Positions 1 to 10,200 of a DNA stretch of 64,000 bases are shown here, in pieces (position 1 is the stretch's first letter; every line of letters starts with the position of its first letter). Made by a program: the position numbers and the translations under genes. Origin of the DNA: a virus; IMG/VR virus record IMGVR_UViG_3300031823_000001, positions 32,001 through 96,000 of that record; one strand, given 5' to 3'. The notes below the pieces were generated by a model. It was not told where the DNA came from, did not search any database, and worked only from the letters and a program-made list of their open reading frames with translations.

Positions 1-315
1 GTCACCGCTCACCTTGCTGGAGCAGGAGGGACCCTCGCATTCGCTGGCGTCTTCTTCCTCTTCGGGGGAGGCGACGGCCAGCAGGACCGGGGCTGCCTTG
101 ATCGCCGCCGGCAGCGGCGGCGCGGGGGGCGTGATCCGCACGCGGTCGTGCGCCGCGTGGCGGATCCGGCCGATCCCCACCGCGATAGCGATGAAAGAGA
201 CAGCGAACACGGCCATGTAGAACTGCCCCGGGTAGGCACGGATGAAGTCGTTCAGCTCGACGCCCGCCCAGGCGAGCAGCAGTACTGCGACGATGACGAC
301 GATCGCGGCTGGCAT
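1..315 (-). CDS. membrane protein, runs off the window start (MPAAIVVIVAVLLLAW...)
   Basis: ATG at 315 with SD-like AGGAGG upstream; two hydrophobic segments; frame open to window edge. Confidence 0.6.
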   Translation of the reverse strand, partial: MPAAIVVIVAVLLLAWAGVELNDFIRAYPGQFYMAVFAVSFIAIAVGIGRIRHAAHDRVRITPPAPPLPAAIKAAPVLLAVASPEEEEDASECEGPSCSSKVSGD

Positions 316-452
316 CAGTCTTCCTCCTGTACCCTGCACTCGCCGTCCGGGCAGTCCGTGCAGTTCAGGACGGGCATGGGCCACGAAAACACCACGCCGC
401 GCGGGATCGAGTGAGAGCCGCTGAGGTGCCCGCAGTTCGTGCAGATGTTCAC
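315..452 (-). CDS. small Cys-rich hypothetical protein (45 aa)
   Basis: GTG start after GAGGAG; two CxxC motifs; stop overlaps next start. Confidence 0.5.
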   Translation of the reverse strand: MNICTNCGHLSGSHSIPRGVVFSWPMPVLNCTDCPDGECRVQEED

Positions 453-461
453 TGGATCTCC

Positions 462-761
462 TCAGAAAACGCCCTCGAACGGGCTCCAGCCCCAGCGCCT
501 GCGGCGGCGGGGCGCGGTGCGGACCGTGGCCGGAATCGTCTCCTCCTGCTGCCTCGCCTGGACCATGACCTTTTCCCCGTGCTCGTAGCGCTCGCCCGCC
601 TCGGGCGGGACGACAGCGGCGATCAGTCCGTCGCCGATGCAGACGTAGGTGACGGTCCCGGCCAGGGCGCCGTAAGCGGCCCTGACCATCGCGGCGCCTA
701 GTTCGGCCGAACCATCCGACCCGCGACTGACGTAGTCCTCGATGTCGATGTAGTTGCTCAT
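462..761 (-). CDS. hypothetical protein (MSNYIDIEDY...)
   Basis: TGATG coupling with upstream gene; GC3-rich codons. Confidence 0.65.
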   Translation of the reverse strand: MSNYIDIEDYVSRGSDGSAELGAAMVRAAYGALAGTVTYVCIGDGLIAAVVPPEAGERYEHGEKVMVQARQQEETIPATVRTAPRRRRRWGWSPFEGVF

Positions 762-994
762 CAGGTGAACTCCAGGTCCAGGGCGGGGTTGTAGGACAGG
801 TCCTCGAAGCGGTGCCCCCAGGTTCCCTTCGCTGGCGTGAAGCCGCCGTCGGGGGAGAAATGCTGGGAGTAGTGCTCGGCGACGGCCAGGGCGTCGCCCA
901 GCTCGTCTGCGTCCAGCACGCCGTGCTCGCTGATCAGGTGCTTGCGCAGCCCGTCGTGCTCCTCGGTGAGAGGCCACTCTTGTCCCTTGCTCAT
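761..994 (-). CDS. hypothetical protein
   Basis: ORF directly downstream of promoter motif at 1001-1029; likely leaderless. Confidence 0.7.
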   Translation of the reverse strand: MSKGQEWPLTEEHDGLRKHLISEHGVLDADELGDALAVAEHYSQHFSPDGGFTPAKGTWGHRFEDLSYNPALDLEFT

Positions 995-1000
995 AAAGGG

Positions 1001-1029
1001 ACAATATCAAGGAAAGCTGTATTCCTCAA
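1001..1029 (-). promoter_or_regulatory. sigma70-type promoter with conserved TACAGCTTTYCTTGA spacer
   Basis: TTGAGG-17-TATTGT; spacer motif recurs 7 times in the window. Confidence 0.65.
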
Positions 1030-1069
1030 CGCTTTTGGCCTTCACCGCCAGAAGGGGTGAGGAGGCAGC

Positions 1070-4000
1070 ATGATCCGGAGGCACTCAACCAGGCTGTCCC
1101 AGGCGCACGACGAGCCGGAGGACGACCAGGCGCAGCACACCGCCGCCCGTGACTACCCCGAGCTGGGCACCGTCCTGACCGACCGCCCCGACCCGGGCCA
1201 GCAGATCACGGTCATCGGGATGCGCCGCCACGGCGACGCCTACGGCACCCCCGAGGACGCCCGCAGCGGCGAGTACAACGGCGGCGAGGGCGACCTCGGC
1301 ATGTACTGGGCCGAGCCGGGCCAGCAGGCGTGGAAAGAGGAGAACCTCGGCCCGCAGGAAGAGGCCCCGCCGCCCCTCTACAGCCCGGACACGTTCGCCG
1401 GGAACGTCATGGCCCGCTTGCACGCCATGGAGGAGGCCCAGGGCTTCTTCGGCATGCGCCACCACGCCACCTCCATCAACGGCACCCAGATCGACGACGC
1501 CGGGGACGCGCCGGAGCACGGCACCGTACCCCGCGCCGGCGAGCCGAATTCCTACGACGACCGCTCCACCGAAGGCCAGGGCGACCCCCGGTGGAACCAG
1601 GCGCTGCCGGCGTCGCAGCACGGCGACAAGAAGGCCGAGAACGGCGCGACCGTCGGGATGTACCCCGAGGGGATGTCAGCCGGCGGCGGACCCGGGCTGG
1701 AGATCGGCGCGTTCACCGCCGCCTTGCCTCCTGGCGAGCTGGACGAGCTGCGCAGGCACGTCGGCGGGGACCACGGCTTCCCCGTCCAGGACAGCTACGG
1801 GGACGCAGCCCTGTCCGCCATCCACGACGGGCTGCACATGTCGGGGCTGGCCTCCCACAGCCACGCTGACGACGACTACGAGACCAATCCTGCCTGGGAC
1901 CGCGACGCTGGCGGCTACCACGAGTTCACCGGCTCCCGCCGGACCGCCCGGGTGCCGTGGACCGGCAAGGAGCGCGGCAGCCTGCACCGCTGGCAGGAGG
2001 AGCCCACGGCCACCTGGGGCGACTTCGTGCCGTCCTCGGAGTTCCCGCTCCTGGGCGCGGGCGAGCACGTCAGCCACGAGGACGGCGGCGACGGCATCGG
2101 CCCGGTCGAGGGCGCCGGGGGCCTGGACGACAGGTTCGGCCCGGACATCACCTCGCTGGGCCCGGCGATGAAGAGCCCGTCCGGCTACCCCCTGGCACTG
2201 CCTGAGAACGGCGGGTCGGCCGCCGACGACCCGGAGAAGGCGGTCGCCGACTCGCGGGACTTCCGCCCGCGCCCGCAGGAGGACGTGCGGGAGCGCGACC
2301 CGGACAGGTTCCTGCGGATGATGAACGCGCTCAACGTCCACGTGCGGATCGACGGCAAGGAACTGCACGACCACGACGACCCGGACAACTCCCTGGACGC
2401 TGCCGAGGACAAGAAGCCGGACAGTCCACAGGACAAAAACGACCCCGGTAACGAGTCTTCGCAGGCAGACGACGCTGACTCGCTGGACAGTCCACAGGAC
2501 AGTCCACAGGGACTCCCGGCGCCCGGGACGCAGGAAGACAACCCTGAGGCCGACCCGTCGCAGTGGCCGCAGGCCGGGGCGGACGTGAACGAGACGTCCC
2601 GCGCCTATACCCAGGGCAGCGGAGACGGCAAGGTAAAGCGCGGCACTCCTCCTGCGCCCCAGCAGGATCAGGAGAACGATCCCGGCAACCAGGACGATTC
2701 CAGCGGTCCGGACGACGACAGCACCCCGTTCAGCAAGGACGGCGCCCTGGCGATGTTCACTGCCTCCGCCGCCAGCCCGGCGTTCCGCTTCGAGTTCACT
2801 GCCACCTGGAACGACGTCGTCGCCAAGGCGAAGCGGATCAGGGCCGGCGGCCACGTCCGCATCGTGCACGCTTCGGCGAGCATGGTCATCGGCGAGGTGC
2901 GCGGCGACCACGACACCTACGAGACCGGCATCCAGCGTCCGGTCGGCAAGCGGCAGACGATCCAGCACTGGGCGTGCGGCTGCCCGTGGGCGAGCTTCCA
3001 CCAGAAGACAGCGGCCAGGAGCTTCAACGGCCGCCCGTGCTCGCACGTGATGGCCCTCCAGTTCGAGGCGCAGGCGCGCGGTATGTTCGGCCGCCAGTTC
3101 AGCTCCGACGCCGAGGTGCCCGCCTGGGCGCCGCAGAGCGTCGTGGTGAAGTCCTGGCCGCCGTACGAGGGAGAACCGCACGCCGGCCGCTGGCGTGAGG
3201 AGTGGCGCGCACCACTGGCGCACCTGCGCCGCCCCGGTGGCGCGCCAGGTGCACCAGGCGACGTCCTTGGTGCGCCAGTGGTGTGCGCCACCGCCGCACT
3301 GGTGCGCGCCGGGGAGGACCCCGCCGAGGTCGGCGCGCTCCAGGTGCTGGCCGGGATGCGCACCGAAGCAGAGACGTCTTCGGTGCTGCGCGTCGCGTGC
3401 ATGGGGAATTCCATCGCAGCGAACGGAAACGGACCGGAAGGGGACAACCCAGATCTTTCTTTCCTCCGGTGGGCCAGCCGTCTCTCAGCCGGCTGTATCC
3501 GCCACGCGGGCTCGTTTTCGGCCGACGGGGCGAGCAGCAGCCAGATTCTTGCCTCCCAGATGGCTCCTGTGGTGGCATCCAAGCCCGACGCCTGCATCAT
3601 CGGCCCCTGGGTGGTGAACAACCCGGTCCTCGGTGTTTCCTTCGACCGGACGGCAGCCGACGTTGAGAACGCCGTGCTGGCGCTTCGAGTCGCCGGGATA
3701 GCTCCCCTGCTGTCACTTGAGCCTCCGGCGCCTGACCAGGAGCGCTCTGCTTTCGTGCGGCAGTACAACGAATGGGCGCAGCACTTTGCCGCCAGGTCCG
3801 GCGTCCCGGTCGCCGACTTTTTCGCGTCGCTGACAGGTCGGAACGGGGACTGGGCCGAAGGTTATAGCGCTGACGGGATACACCCGACCGCTGCTGGTGC
3901 GCGGGCTATGGGCAGGACTGTTGCCGGGTTGCTGAATTCCCCGGCGGTAGTTATCCCGGCGCCCCTGGCGTCGCTGCGTTACGAAGCCGACCAGTCGAAC

Positions 4001-5107
4001 GCCCCGTGGGGAAGCCAGAACGTCACCCAGAGCCCGCCGCAGAAGCCCTACGGGGCGACCTCCCCGCCGAACAAGGATCAGGACCCGGGCAGCTACGGCC
4101 CGCTCGCCGGGCCCGACCCGGAGAACTGGGGCGGCATCCAGGAAGACAGCGTGATGCAGATGCCGCTGTCCAACACCGCGTCGCACCCGGTGCCGGGCGA
4201 TACCGCCTGGCCCGCTACAGAGGGCTGGCAGGACGAGGACCAGGACGACTTCCCGTACTCCGACCGCTCGGCCACGGCGGGACCGTCTACCTCGATCAGT
4301 CCCCGGGACCCGCAGGGCATCCGGATGGAGGAGGCCAGGGTCACCGCAGCGGGCACGCCGTTCCCGGTCAACGGCACCGTCCCGCAGCTCGACGGGGCCC
4401 TGGCGGAGCTGCACGACCGCCCGGAGCCCGCGCTGCCGGAGACGACCGGGGACGACGAGACCGCGAAGACGGCCGCCGCCGACGGAACGATCGGCGGGAA
4501 CAGCGCCGGGACCGGAATGGGCCACGGCGCACCGCTGGACACCGCCGCGCTCGGGGAGTTCGGCGCGTCGGTCCGCGCCAGCTTCCGGCAGATGTTCGGC
4601 GGCACCCCGATGGGCGACCTGAACCGGGAGACCTCCCCGCAGGCCCAGCAGCCGTCGCCCGTCACCCAGGAGCCCGGCCTGGGGTCAATGGACGACGCTC
4701 TCAGTCCCGAGGACCCCTCGATCCAGACGATCGGCAACCAGCAGTGGTCCGGCGGCGGGGCCGACTCCGACGAGGTAGCAGTGCCTGCCGGGCAGTCGCA
4801 GGGCGGCATCGAGGACATCGTGGCTTCGTTCCAGCGGTCTGCGGCGGCGAAAGGCTACGCGGGCGGCGGAGGTCCGGGCCCGGCTGACGGCGACATCGCG
4901 GCGGCGGCGCGGCAGCACCTGTCCAGGACCGCTGACGTGCTGCCGAAGGAAGAGGCCGACGAGCTGGTCAGGGAGGGGGCAGGCAGCCGGGCCAGGAACC
5001 TGGACCTGCTCCGCCTGGAGGGCACGCATTACGAGGACGAAGACGAGGACCTGGCTAGGAAGGGCATCAGCTTGGACAACTACGACGACGACGTGATCTT
5101 CGCGTGA
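1070..5107 (+). CDS. large modular head-associated protein with SWIM Zn finger and embedded SGNH/GDSL hydrolase domain
   Basis: 1345 aa; GGAGG SD; CxC...CxH (WACGCPW...CSH); GNSI and DGIHP motifs at 3371-3988; position upstream of protease/capsid. Confidence 0.75.
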   Translation: MIRRHSTRLSQAHDEPEDDQAQHTAARDYPELGTVLTDRPDPGQQITVIGMRRHGDAYGTPEDARSGEYNGGEGDLGMYWAEPGQQAWKEENLGPQEEAPPPLYSPDTFAGNVMARLHAMEEAQGFFGMRHHATSINGTQIDDAGDAPEHGTVPRAGEPNSYDDRSTEGQGDPRWNQALPASQHGDKKAENGATVGMYPEGMSAGGGPGLEIGAFTAALPPGELDELRRHVGGDHGFPVQDSYGDAALSAIHDGLHMSGLASHSHADDDYETNPAWDRDAGGYHEFTGSRRTARVPWTGKERGSLHRWQEEPTATWGDFVPSSEFPLLGAGEHVSHEDGGDGIGPVEGAGGLDDRFGPDITSLGPAMKSPSGYPLALPENGGSAADDPEKAVADSRDFRPRPQEDVRERDPDRFLRMMNALNVHVRIDGKELHDHDDPDNSLDAAEDKKPDSPQDKNDPGNESSQADDADSLDSPQDSPQGLPAPGTQEDNPEADPSQWPQAGADVNETSRAYTQGSGDGKVKRGTPPAPQQDQENDPGNQDDSSGPDDDSTPFSKDGALAMFTASAASPAFRFEFTATWNDVVAKAKRIRAGGHVRIVHASASMVIGEVRGDHDTYETGIQRPVGKRQTIQHWACGCPWASFHQKTAARSFNGRPCSHVMALQFEAQARGMFGRQFSSDAEVPAWAPQSVVVKSWPPYEGEPHAGRWREEWRAPLAHLRRPGGAPGAPGDVLGAPVVCATAALVRAGEDPAEVGALQVLAGMRTEAETSSVLRVACMGNSIAANGNGPEGDNPDLSFLRWASRLSAGCIRHAGSFSADGASSSQILASQMAPVVASKPDACIIGPWVVNNPVLGVSFDRTAADVENAVLALRVAGIAPLLSLEPPAPDQERSAFVRQYNEWAQHFAARSGVPVADFFASLTGRNGDWAEGYSADGIHPTAAGARAMGRTVAGLLNSPAVVIPAPLASLRYEADQSNAPWGSQNVTQSPPQKPYGATSPPNKDQDPGSYGPLAGPDPENWGGIQEDSVMQMPLSNTASHPVPGDTAWPATEGWQDEDQDDFPYSDRSATAGPSTSISPRDPQGIRMEEARVTAAGTPFPVNGTVPQLDGALAELHDRPEPALPETTGDDETAKTAAADGTIGGNSAGTGMGHGAPLDTAALGEFGASVRASFRQMFGGTPMGDLNRETSPQAQQPSPVTQEPGLGSMDDALSPEDPSIQTIGNQQWSGGGADSDEVAVPAGQSQGGIEDIVASFQRSAAAKGYAGGGGPGPADGDIAAAARQHLSRTADVLPKEEADELVREGAGSRARNLDLLRLEGTHYEDEDEDLARKGISLDNYDDDVIFA

Positions 5108-5358
5108 GCGGGCTCGCGTACCGGATGGACCAGCTACACCGCGATGTGATCGCGTCCGCCGACCCCTACCTGGGGCGCGGGGTGTTCCTTGCCGCTCCCG
5201 GGATGGAGTGCGAAGAGATCACCGGGAAGCTCGCCGAGCGGCTGGGGATGACCGTGCCGGCCGTTGCCTGGGACGGTATCGGCGCGTGGGTTGACCTCGG
5301 CGGCGTGCCCGGGATGGATGCTCAGGAGCTGGAGTCCAGGTGGGGCGCGACTCCGTAG
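5104..5358 (+). CDS. hypothetical protein
   Basis: GTGA overlap with upstream stop. Confidence 0.55.
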   Translation: MSGLAYRMDQLHRDVIASADPYLGRGVFLAAPGMECEEITGKLAERLGMTVPAVAWDGIGAWVDLGGVPGMDAQELESRWGATP

Positions 5359-5398
5359 CCGGCTGTGCCGTTTTGACTGACGACTGGAGGGGGTCCGG

Positions 5399-5638
5399 AT
5401 GACTACGGCGCTGTCCGTTCTGGGGGCGCTTGGCGGGTTTACCGCCTTTATCACCGGGGTGACGCTCATCCTGCGGGCGATTTTCAAGCAGGTAAACGCG
5501 ACTGAGAAGAACACCACAGCCACGGAAGACCTGACAGAGAAGGTCGGCAGCCTCTCGGAGAAGTTCGGGCTGCTGGACACCAGGGTCACCATCCTGGAAG
5601 ACCATGACCGCAGGAACGGGGTGAGACCCCATTCGTAA
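5399..5638 (+). CDS. small membrane protein (N-terminal TM plus coiled coil), holin-like
   Basis: GGAGG SD; one TM helix then heptad-like region. Confidence 0.55.
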   Translation: MTTALSVLGALGGFTAFITGVTLILRAIFKQVNATEKNTTATEDLTEKVGSLSEKFGLLDTRVTILEDHDRRNGVRPHS

Positions 5639-5939
5639 GCTGCTTCTCATCAACCTGAGCCCGGCGACGAGGGCCGTCATCGTGGCCGCCGTGCTCATCT
5701 CCTTCATCGTCGGCGGCGTGGTCCTCGACTACCTCGTCGCCGGCTACCGGGCCGCGCAGGCGGTGCAGCAGTCCGTGGGGCAGTCCGAGCAGGCCCTGTG
5801 CGGGATCATCGACCTGGTGACAGCCGTCCCCGAGCAGCCTCCGGCCGACCCGGAGGCGAACCCGTCACGGGTGACGTCGTACCGCTTCTACCTGGCGTTC
5901 GTGTCTGTCGGCCGCAAGTACCACTGCACAGGGAACTAG
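5631..5939 (+). CDS. membrane protein, probable ATT start (MRKLLLINL...)
   Basis: frame open from TGA at 5622; TM segment; first canonical start (GTG 5682) lies inside the TM. Confidence 0.5.
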   Translation: MRKLLLINLSPATRAVIVAAVLISFIVGGVVLDYLVAGYRAAQAVQQSVGQSEQALCGIIDLVTAVPEQPPADPEANPSRVTSYRFYLAFVSVGRKYHCTGN

Positions 5940-6502
5940 CTGTCGTCCTCGTCGTCGCCTGTGTGCTGCGGTGCACCCGGCGCCAGGGAGCTGGGCGGCA
6001 CGAAGAAGACGCCGCCTGAGTCCGGGAGGTCCGGGTAAGAGGGCAGCGTCTCCAGGTAGCGTCCCAGGTCGGCGTCCAGGGCCGGGCGCATCAGCTCTAC
6101 GACGATGGTCGGCGGGTCGTTCGGGGCGCGCCTGCGGGGCCTCTTCTGCTGCGGGACCTGAACGGGGATGTTCCACGAGGGGTTCTCAGCCGTCCTCCAC
6201 GGCGGCTTCTGCCCGGGCGTCGGGTCGGTCACATGGGAGGAGAACCTCCGATGCACGCTGGGGAGCTGGTCGGCGCGGACAGTCATCGGGTCCTGGTCCT
6301 TGTCGGTCCGCAGGTCGGTGACGTACTGGTCGGCCTCCCGCCCGGCAGCTTCCTCCCGCTGGCGGCGGGCCCCGGGGAGGAGCCTGCGCAGCCAGCCGAG
6401 CCAGTCCCTGCGCTCGGGCAGTATGAAGCCGTCCTCGCGCGGCATGGCCAGCGCGAGGACGGCTGCGGCGAGCAGGATGCCTGCCGCCGTCCAGTGATTC
6501 AT
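5936..6502 (-). CDS. membrane-anchored hypothetical protein
   Basis: ATGA coupling with upstream gene; N-terminal hydrophobic helix. Confidence 0.6.
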   Translation of the reverse strand: MNHWTAAGILLAAAVLALAMPREDGFILPERRDWLGWLRRLLPGARRQREEAAGREADQYVTDLRTDKDQDPMTVRADQLPSVHRRFSSHVTDPTPGQKPPWRTAENPSWNIPVQVPQQKRPRRRAPNDPPTIVVELMRPALDADLGRYLETLPSYPDLPDSGGVFFVPPSSLAPGAPQHTGDDEDDS

Positions 6503-7086
6503 CCCTTTTCCCTGCACACTCGCCCCATCCTGAACGCGCGGGACTCAGCGTCTGTCAGGTGCAGGCCGCACTTCATGCACCGCTCCTGGTTGTCCGCATA
6601 GGCCTCGCGGGCCTTGCTGATGCCCGCCTGGAGGATAGCGTTCAGGGCCAGGAACTGCTCGGGCCGCGATGCTTCGACCAGGCGTGGGTACTTGGTGTCG
6701 CCGCCGCCGATGACCCGCTTGACGAAGCGGACCCCGGGCTTCCTTCCCTCGGTCACCTTCCAGAAGTCCAGGTCGTTGCTCCCGGTCCGGGACGGGGTGG
6801 CGTAGAAGCCGCCCGGGATGTCCGCGATAACCGCCGGCGGCTCCTGGGCCGGTGCCTGGGGCGTCATGTTCTCCTCTGAGGTCCGCTGGCCGGGAAGGTC
6901 GGCGCACCTGGCGAGGTACCGCATTATCCCGTCGTACTGCGCCGGGTTGACCGGCTTCCTGCCGTCCACCAGGAAGGCGGCAAGCTTGTGGTCCTTGTGC
7001 GCCGCCGTCGCGGCGATCTTCTCGCTCATCGCCTGCCCGGTCATGTCCGTGCCTACCACTAGAGCCATCTTCTTCTCCCTGGTCAT
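6499..7086 (-). CDS. DUF6011-like Zn-binding protein
   Basis: C-terminal CxxCG.xLTD.ES...MG..C motif; downstream of promoter 7123-7151. Confidence 0.7.
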   Translation of the reverse strand: MTREKKMALVVGTDMTGQAMSEKIAATAAHKDHKLAAFLVDGRKPVNPAQYDGIMRYLARCADLPGQRTSEENMTPQAPAQEPPAVIADIPGGFYATPSRTGSNDLDFWKVTEGRKPGVRFVKRVIGGGDTKYPRLVEASRPEQFLALNAILQAGISKAREAYADNQERCMKCGLHLTDAESRAFRMGRVCREKG

Positions 7087-7122
7087 CCCTGCGTAGCCTC
7101 TGCTCTGCGTTCGCTGGACACG

Positions 7123-7151
7123 ACAATAGCAAGAAAAGCTGTATTCAGCAA
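7123..7151 (-). promoter_or_regulatory. sigma70-type promoter with conserved spacer
   Basis: TTGCTG-aatacagcttttcttgc-TATTGT (17-nt spacer). Confidence 0.65.
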
Positions 7152-7200
7152 CGAGTTTCCCCGGTTCCCCGGAAGAGAGGAGAGCAGACCGGGAGGACCC

Positions 7201-10200
7201 GTGCGCAAGTATGCGTCGCTGGAGGTGCTGGAGGCGTGGCAGCACCAGCCGCGCGCCCGGCTTGAAGGGAACCGGATCGTCCGGACCGCACACCGGGTGG
7301 CATTCGACTACGAACCGCGCCAGGGGTACCTGTACGTCCGTTCCAGGATGATCTCCAGCCGGACGAACGACAACCACGACACGTTCCCGGCCGAGGAAAT
7401 CGAAAAGGGATATAAGTCCTTTTTGGGCAAGCCGGTTTTTGTCAACCACCACAACGCGAACCACCGCCGCGCCCGGGGCGTCATCGTCGCCGTTGCGCTG
7501 CACCGCGACAGGAACCCCGACGGGACGCCCGACACCTGGGTCGAGGGCCTCCATGAGATCGACGCGGTGAAGTTCCCGAAGCTGTCTAAGGCGATCCTCG
7601 CCGGCCGGGTCAACCGCACCTCGATGGGCGTGGACGTGGACTGGTCCACCTGCTCGGCCTGCGGCAACAAGGCCACCAGCCCCGCCGAGTACTGCAAGCA
7701 CCTGCCCGCGCTGAAGGGCAAGAAGATCCGGCAGCGCAACAAGGTCACCGGCAAGGTCGAGGAGAAGCTGATCCACGAGGTCTGCGCCGGCCTCAGCTTC
7801 TTCGAGAACAGCCTCCTGGTGGAAGACCCCGCTGACCCGACGGCGTACCTGCTCGGCAAGCCCGACTCCCGGGGCATGGCGAAGGCCGCCGCGAAGACCG
7901 CAGCGGCCGGGGACCCGGACTTCCGCGACCACCTCGGCAACACCTGCCGGAACTGCGGCGACCCGGTGGCCTTCCTCCCCCGCACCCGGACAGGGAAGTA
8001 CCCGGACAGGTTCGTGCACGACTCGGCGCGCCTCTACGACCACCAGCCCGACCCGGCGGACCCGGGCAGCCGGTCAGGGAAGCTGATGCCGGGCACCTTC
8101 GGCGGGACCCGCTGCGCGGTCTGCGGCGGCGACGTGAAGATCAACCTGCGCGCCCTGCACACCGACACGGGCGGCTGGCACCACGGCGACGGCATGAAGC
8201 GCGATCACCCGGCGGTCCCGCTGGACGCCCGCTCCGTCTACGACTCGGTCCCCGGCACACGGGCGCAGTACGACCAGGCGCGGAGCCAGATGAGCGACCA
8301 CATGCACGGCCTGTTCGAGCAGCTCGAAGGACGCCCGCTGCCCCGCCGGCCGCGCGGCGACGAGGGGCAGATGCCCCCCGACCCGTTCACCGCCGCCAGG
8401 CGGAAGAAGCCCCAGGGCAAGCCGGTGCGCGGCTACGGCAGGGACCCGAAGTTCGACGGGGTGGCCCTCAAGAAGGACCGCAACGGGTTCTACGTGCACA
8501 CTCACAGGTCGAGGAGCGAGTCCTACCCCACAGTCGATGACATCCCGGACGCCGATATCGACTACATCCGGTCCACCGGGGCGAAGGCCGAAGGCGGCGA
8601 TCACCCCTGGTTCATGAACCACCCGGTCTCCCCGCACCACATCGTCCACGCCTATAACGACTCCTCCGACGACGAGCGGGCACTGGGCGACCGCTGGTAC
8701 TCCGACGCCCACCACGTCGCCAAGGTCATCGGCAAGGGGGACTCCGCCCTCGGCGCCGGGCTGCTGTCGGCCTACTCCCCCCGCACGATGTGGCCGGTCA
8801 ACATGTTCAATGCCAGCCGCGCCGCCCAGGGGGATCCGCCCGGCCCCGGCAGCGGCGCGCTCGGCGACCACCAGCGCAAGGCGATCCGCATCCTCGGCGG
8901 CGAGCACCACTCCAAGGTCCTCACCGCCCCGAAGACCGCCGCGTTCGCGCACCTGATCGAGCACGGCGGCGACACCGACGAGGACCGCAGGAGCGGCCGG
9001 GAGCGCGTCGTCATCGACCGGCACGCCATGTCGGTGGCCACCGGGAAGCGGCTGTCCGACGAGGACATGAAGAGCGCGCCCGTCGGTCAGGAGCAGCACT
9101 ACGAGCACGTCGCCAACGCCTACCGCGAGGCCGCGCACCACATCTCCACGGCCACCGGGCGGCAGGTCAGCCCCCACCAGGTGCAGGCAGCGACCTGGCT
9201 GCGGCAGATCAGGAAGAACACCGAGGAGGACTCCTCGGGAACCAGGGGCGGGGGCGGCAAGGGCCGCGTCCAGATGGGCGAGAACAGCCGCCAGCGCTGG
9301 GTGGAGCACCATCACGAACACCACCCGGGCAACATCCCGGAGGAGAACATGCACTACCACGGCTCGTCGGCCCAGCCACCGCCTCCCGGCGCTCCCTGGC
9401 CGGCCGGAGGTACCCACTGCGCGATGTGCGGCGGCCGTCTGGCCCACCCGGGCAACCCGAGCGGGAAGCCCGTCAGCCGGTCCATGCCGATGATGTGCCA
9501 GGACTGCTCGGGCCGCGTCCAGGGGCACGGGGCCGACACCGGCATGCCCGGCTACATGAGCCCCGCCCAGGCGCGGGAGACCGTACAGGACTCGCGTGCC
9601 TGGGACCTGGCCGGCGACCGGCTGCGCAGCTCCATGTCGGTGCGCAAGGAAGCGTACGGGGAGACGCGGGTCCCGCCGCAGGTGGACACCCTGCGGATGG
9701 ACGAGTGCCCGGTGTGCGGGGAGCACAACGTCTGGTCCGGCAGCAGGTGCCCTGTCTGCGGCTTCGTGGTACCGCCGTCGGTTTTCCGGGACCCGGACAC
9801 CGACAAGGCGAAGGAAGTCCGCGAGCAGCTCGACAGCTCCGGCGAGGTCGATGTCCCGGGCGACCAGGCGGACGCCGGCCAGCCAGACGCGACGCTGCCG
9901 ACCGCCCAGGTGGGCAGCGGCGACGACGCCGACGACCAGCTTGTCCACCCCGACCAGATCGCCCCCGACGGGGTGCCGACCGTCCAGGGCGGCGACGACC
10001 CGGCGAATACCGACGGGCTGCCCCCGCAGGACGAGGACGAGGCCCAGGCCGAGGCGGAGGCGGAGGTTCCCGAGGGGTCGGTCCCCGTCGGCGACGTGCC
10101 GCCCGACGAGGCGGACCTGGAGGACGCGGGCGACGAGGGCGAGGAGATGTTCGCCGAGGAGCTGATCTGCCCCGCCTGCGGAACCACCTTCGAGGCAGAT

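Noticed and set aside
2419-2512. GGACAGTCCACA repeats as regulatory sites
   Set aside because: Explained by DSPQ peptide repeats in a low-complexity linker.
3371-3988. Intein in the 1345-aa protein
   Set aside because: No Cys/Ser start with His-Asn end; motifs are SGNH-type.
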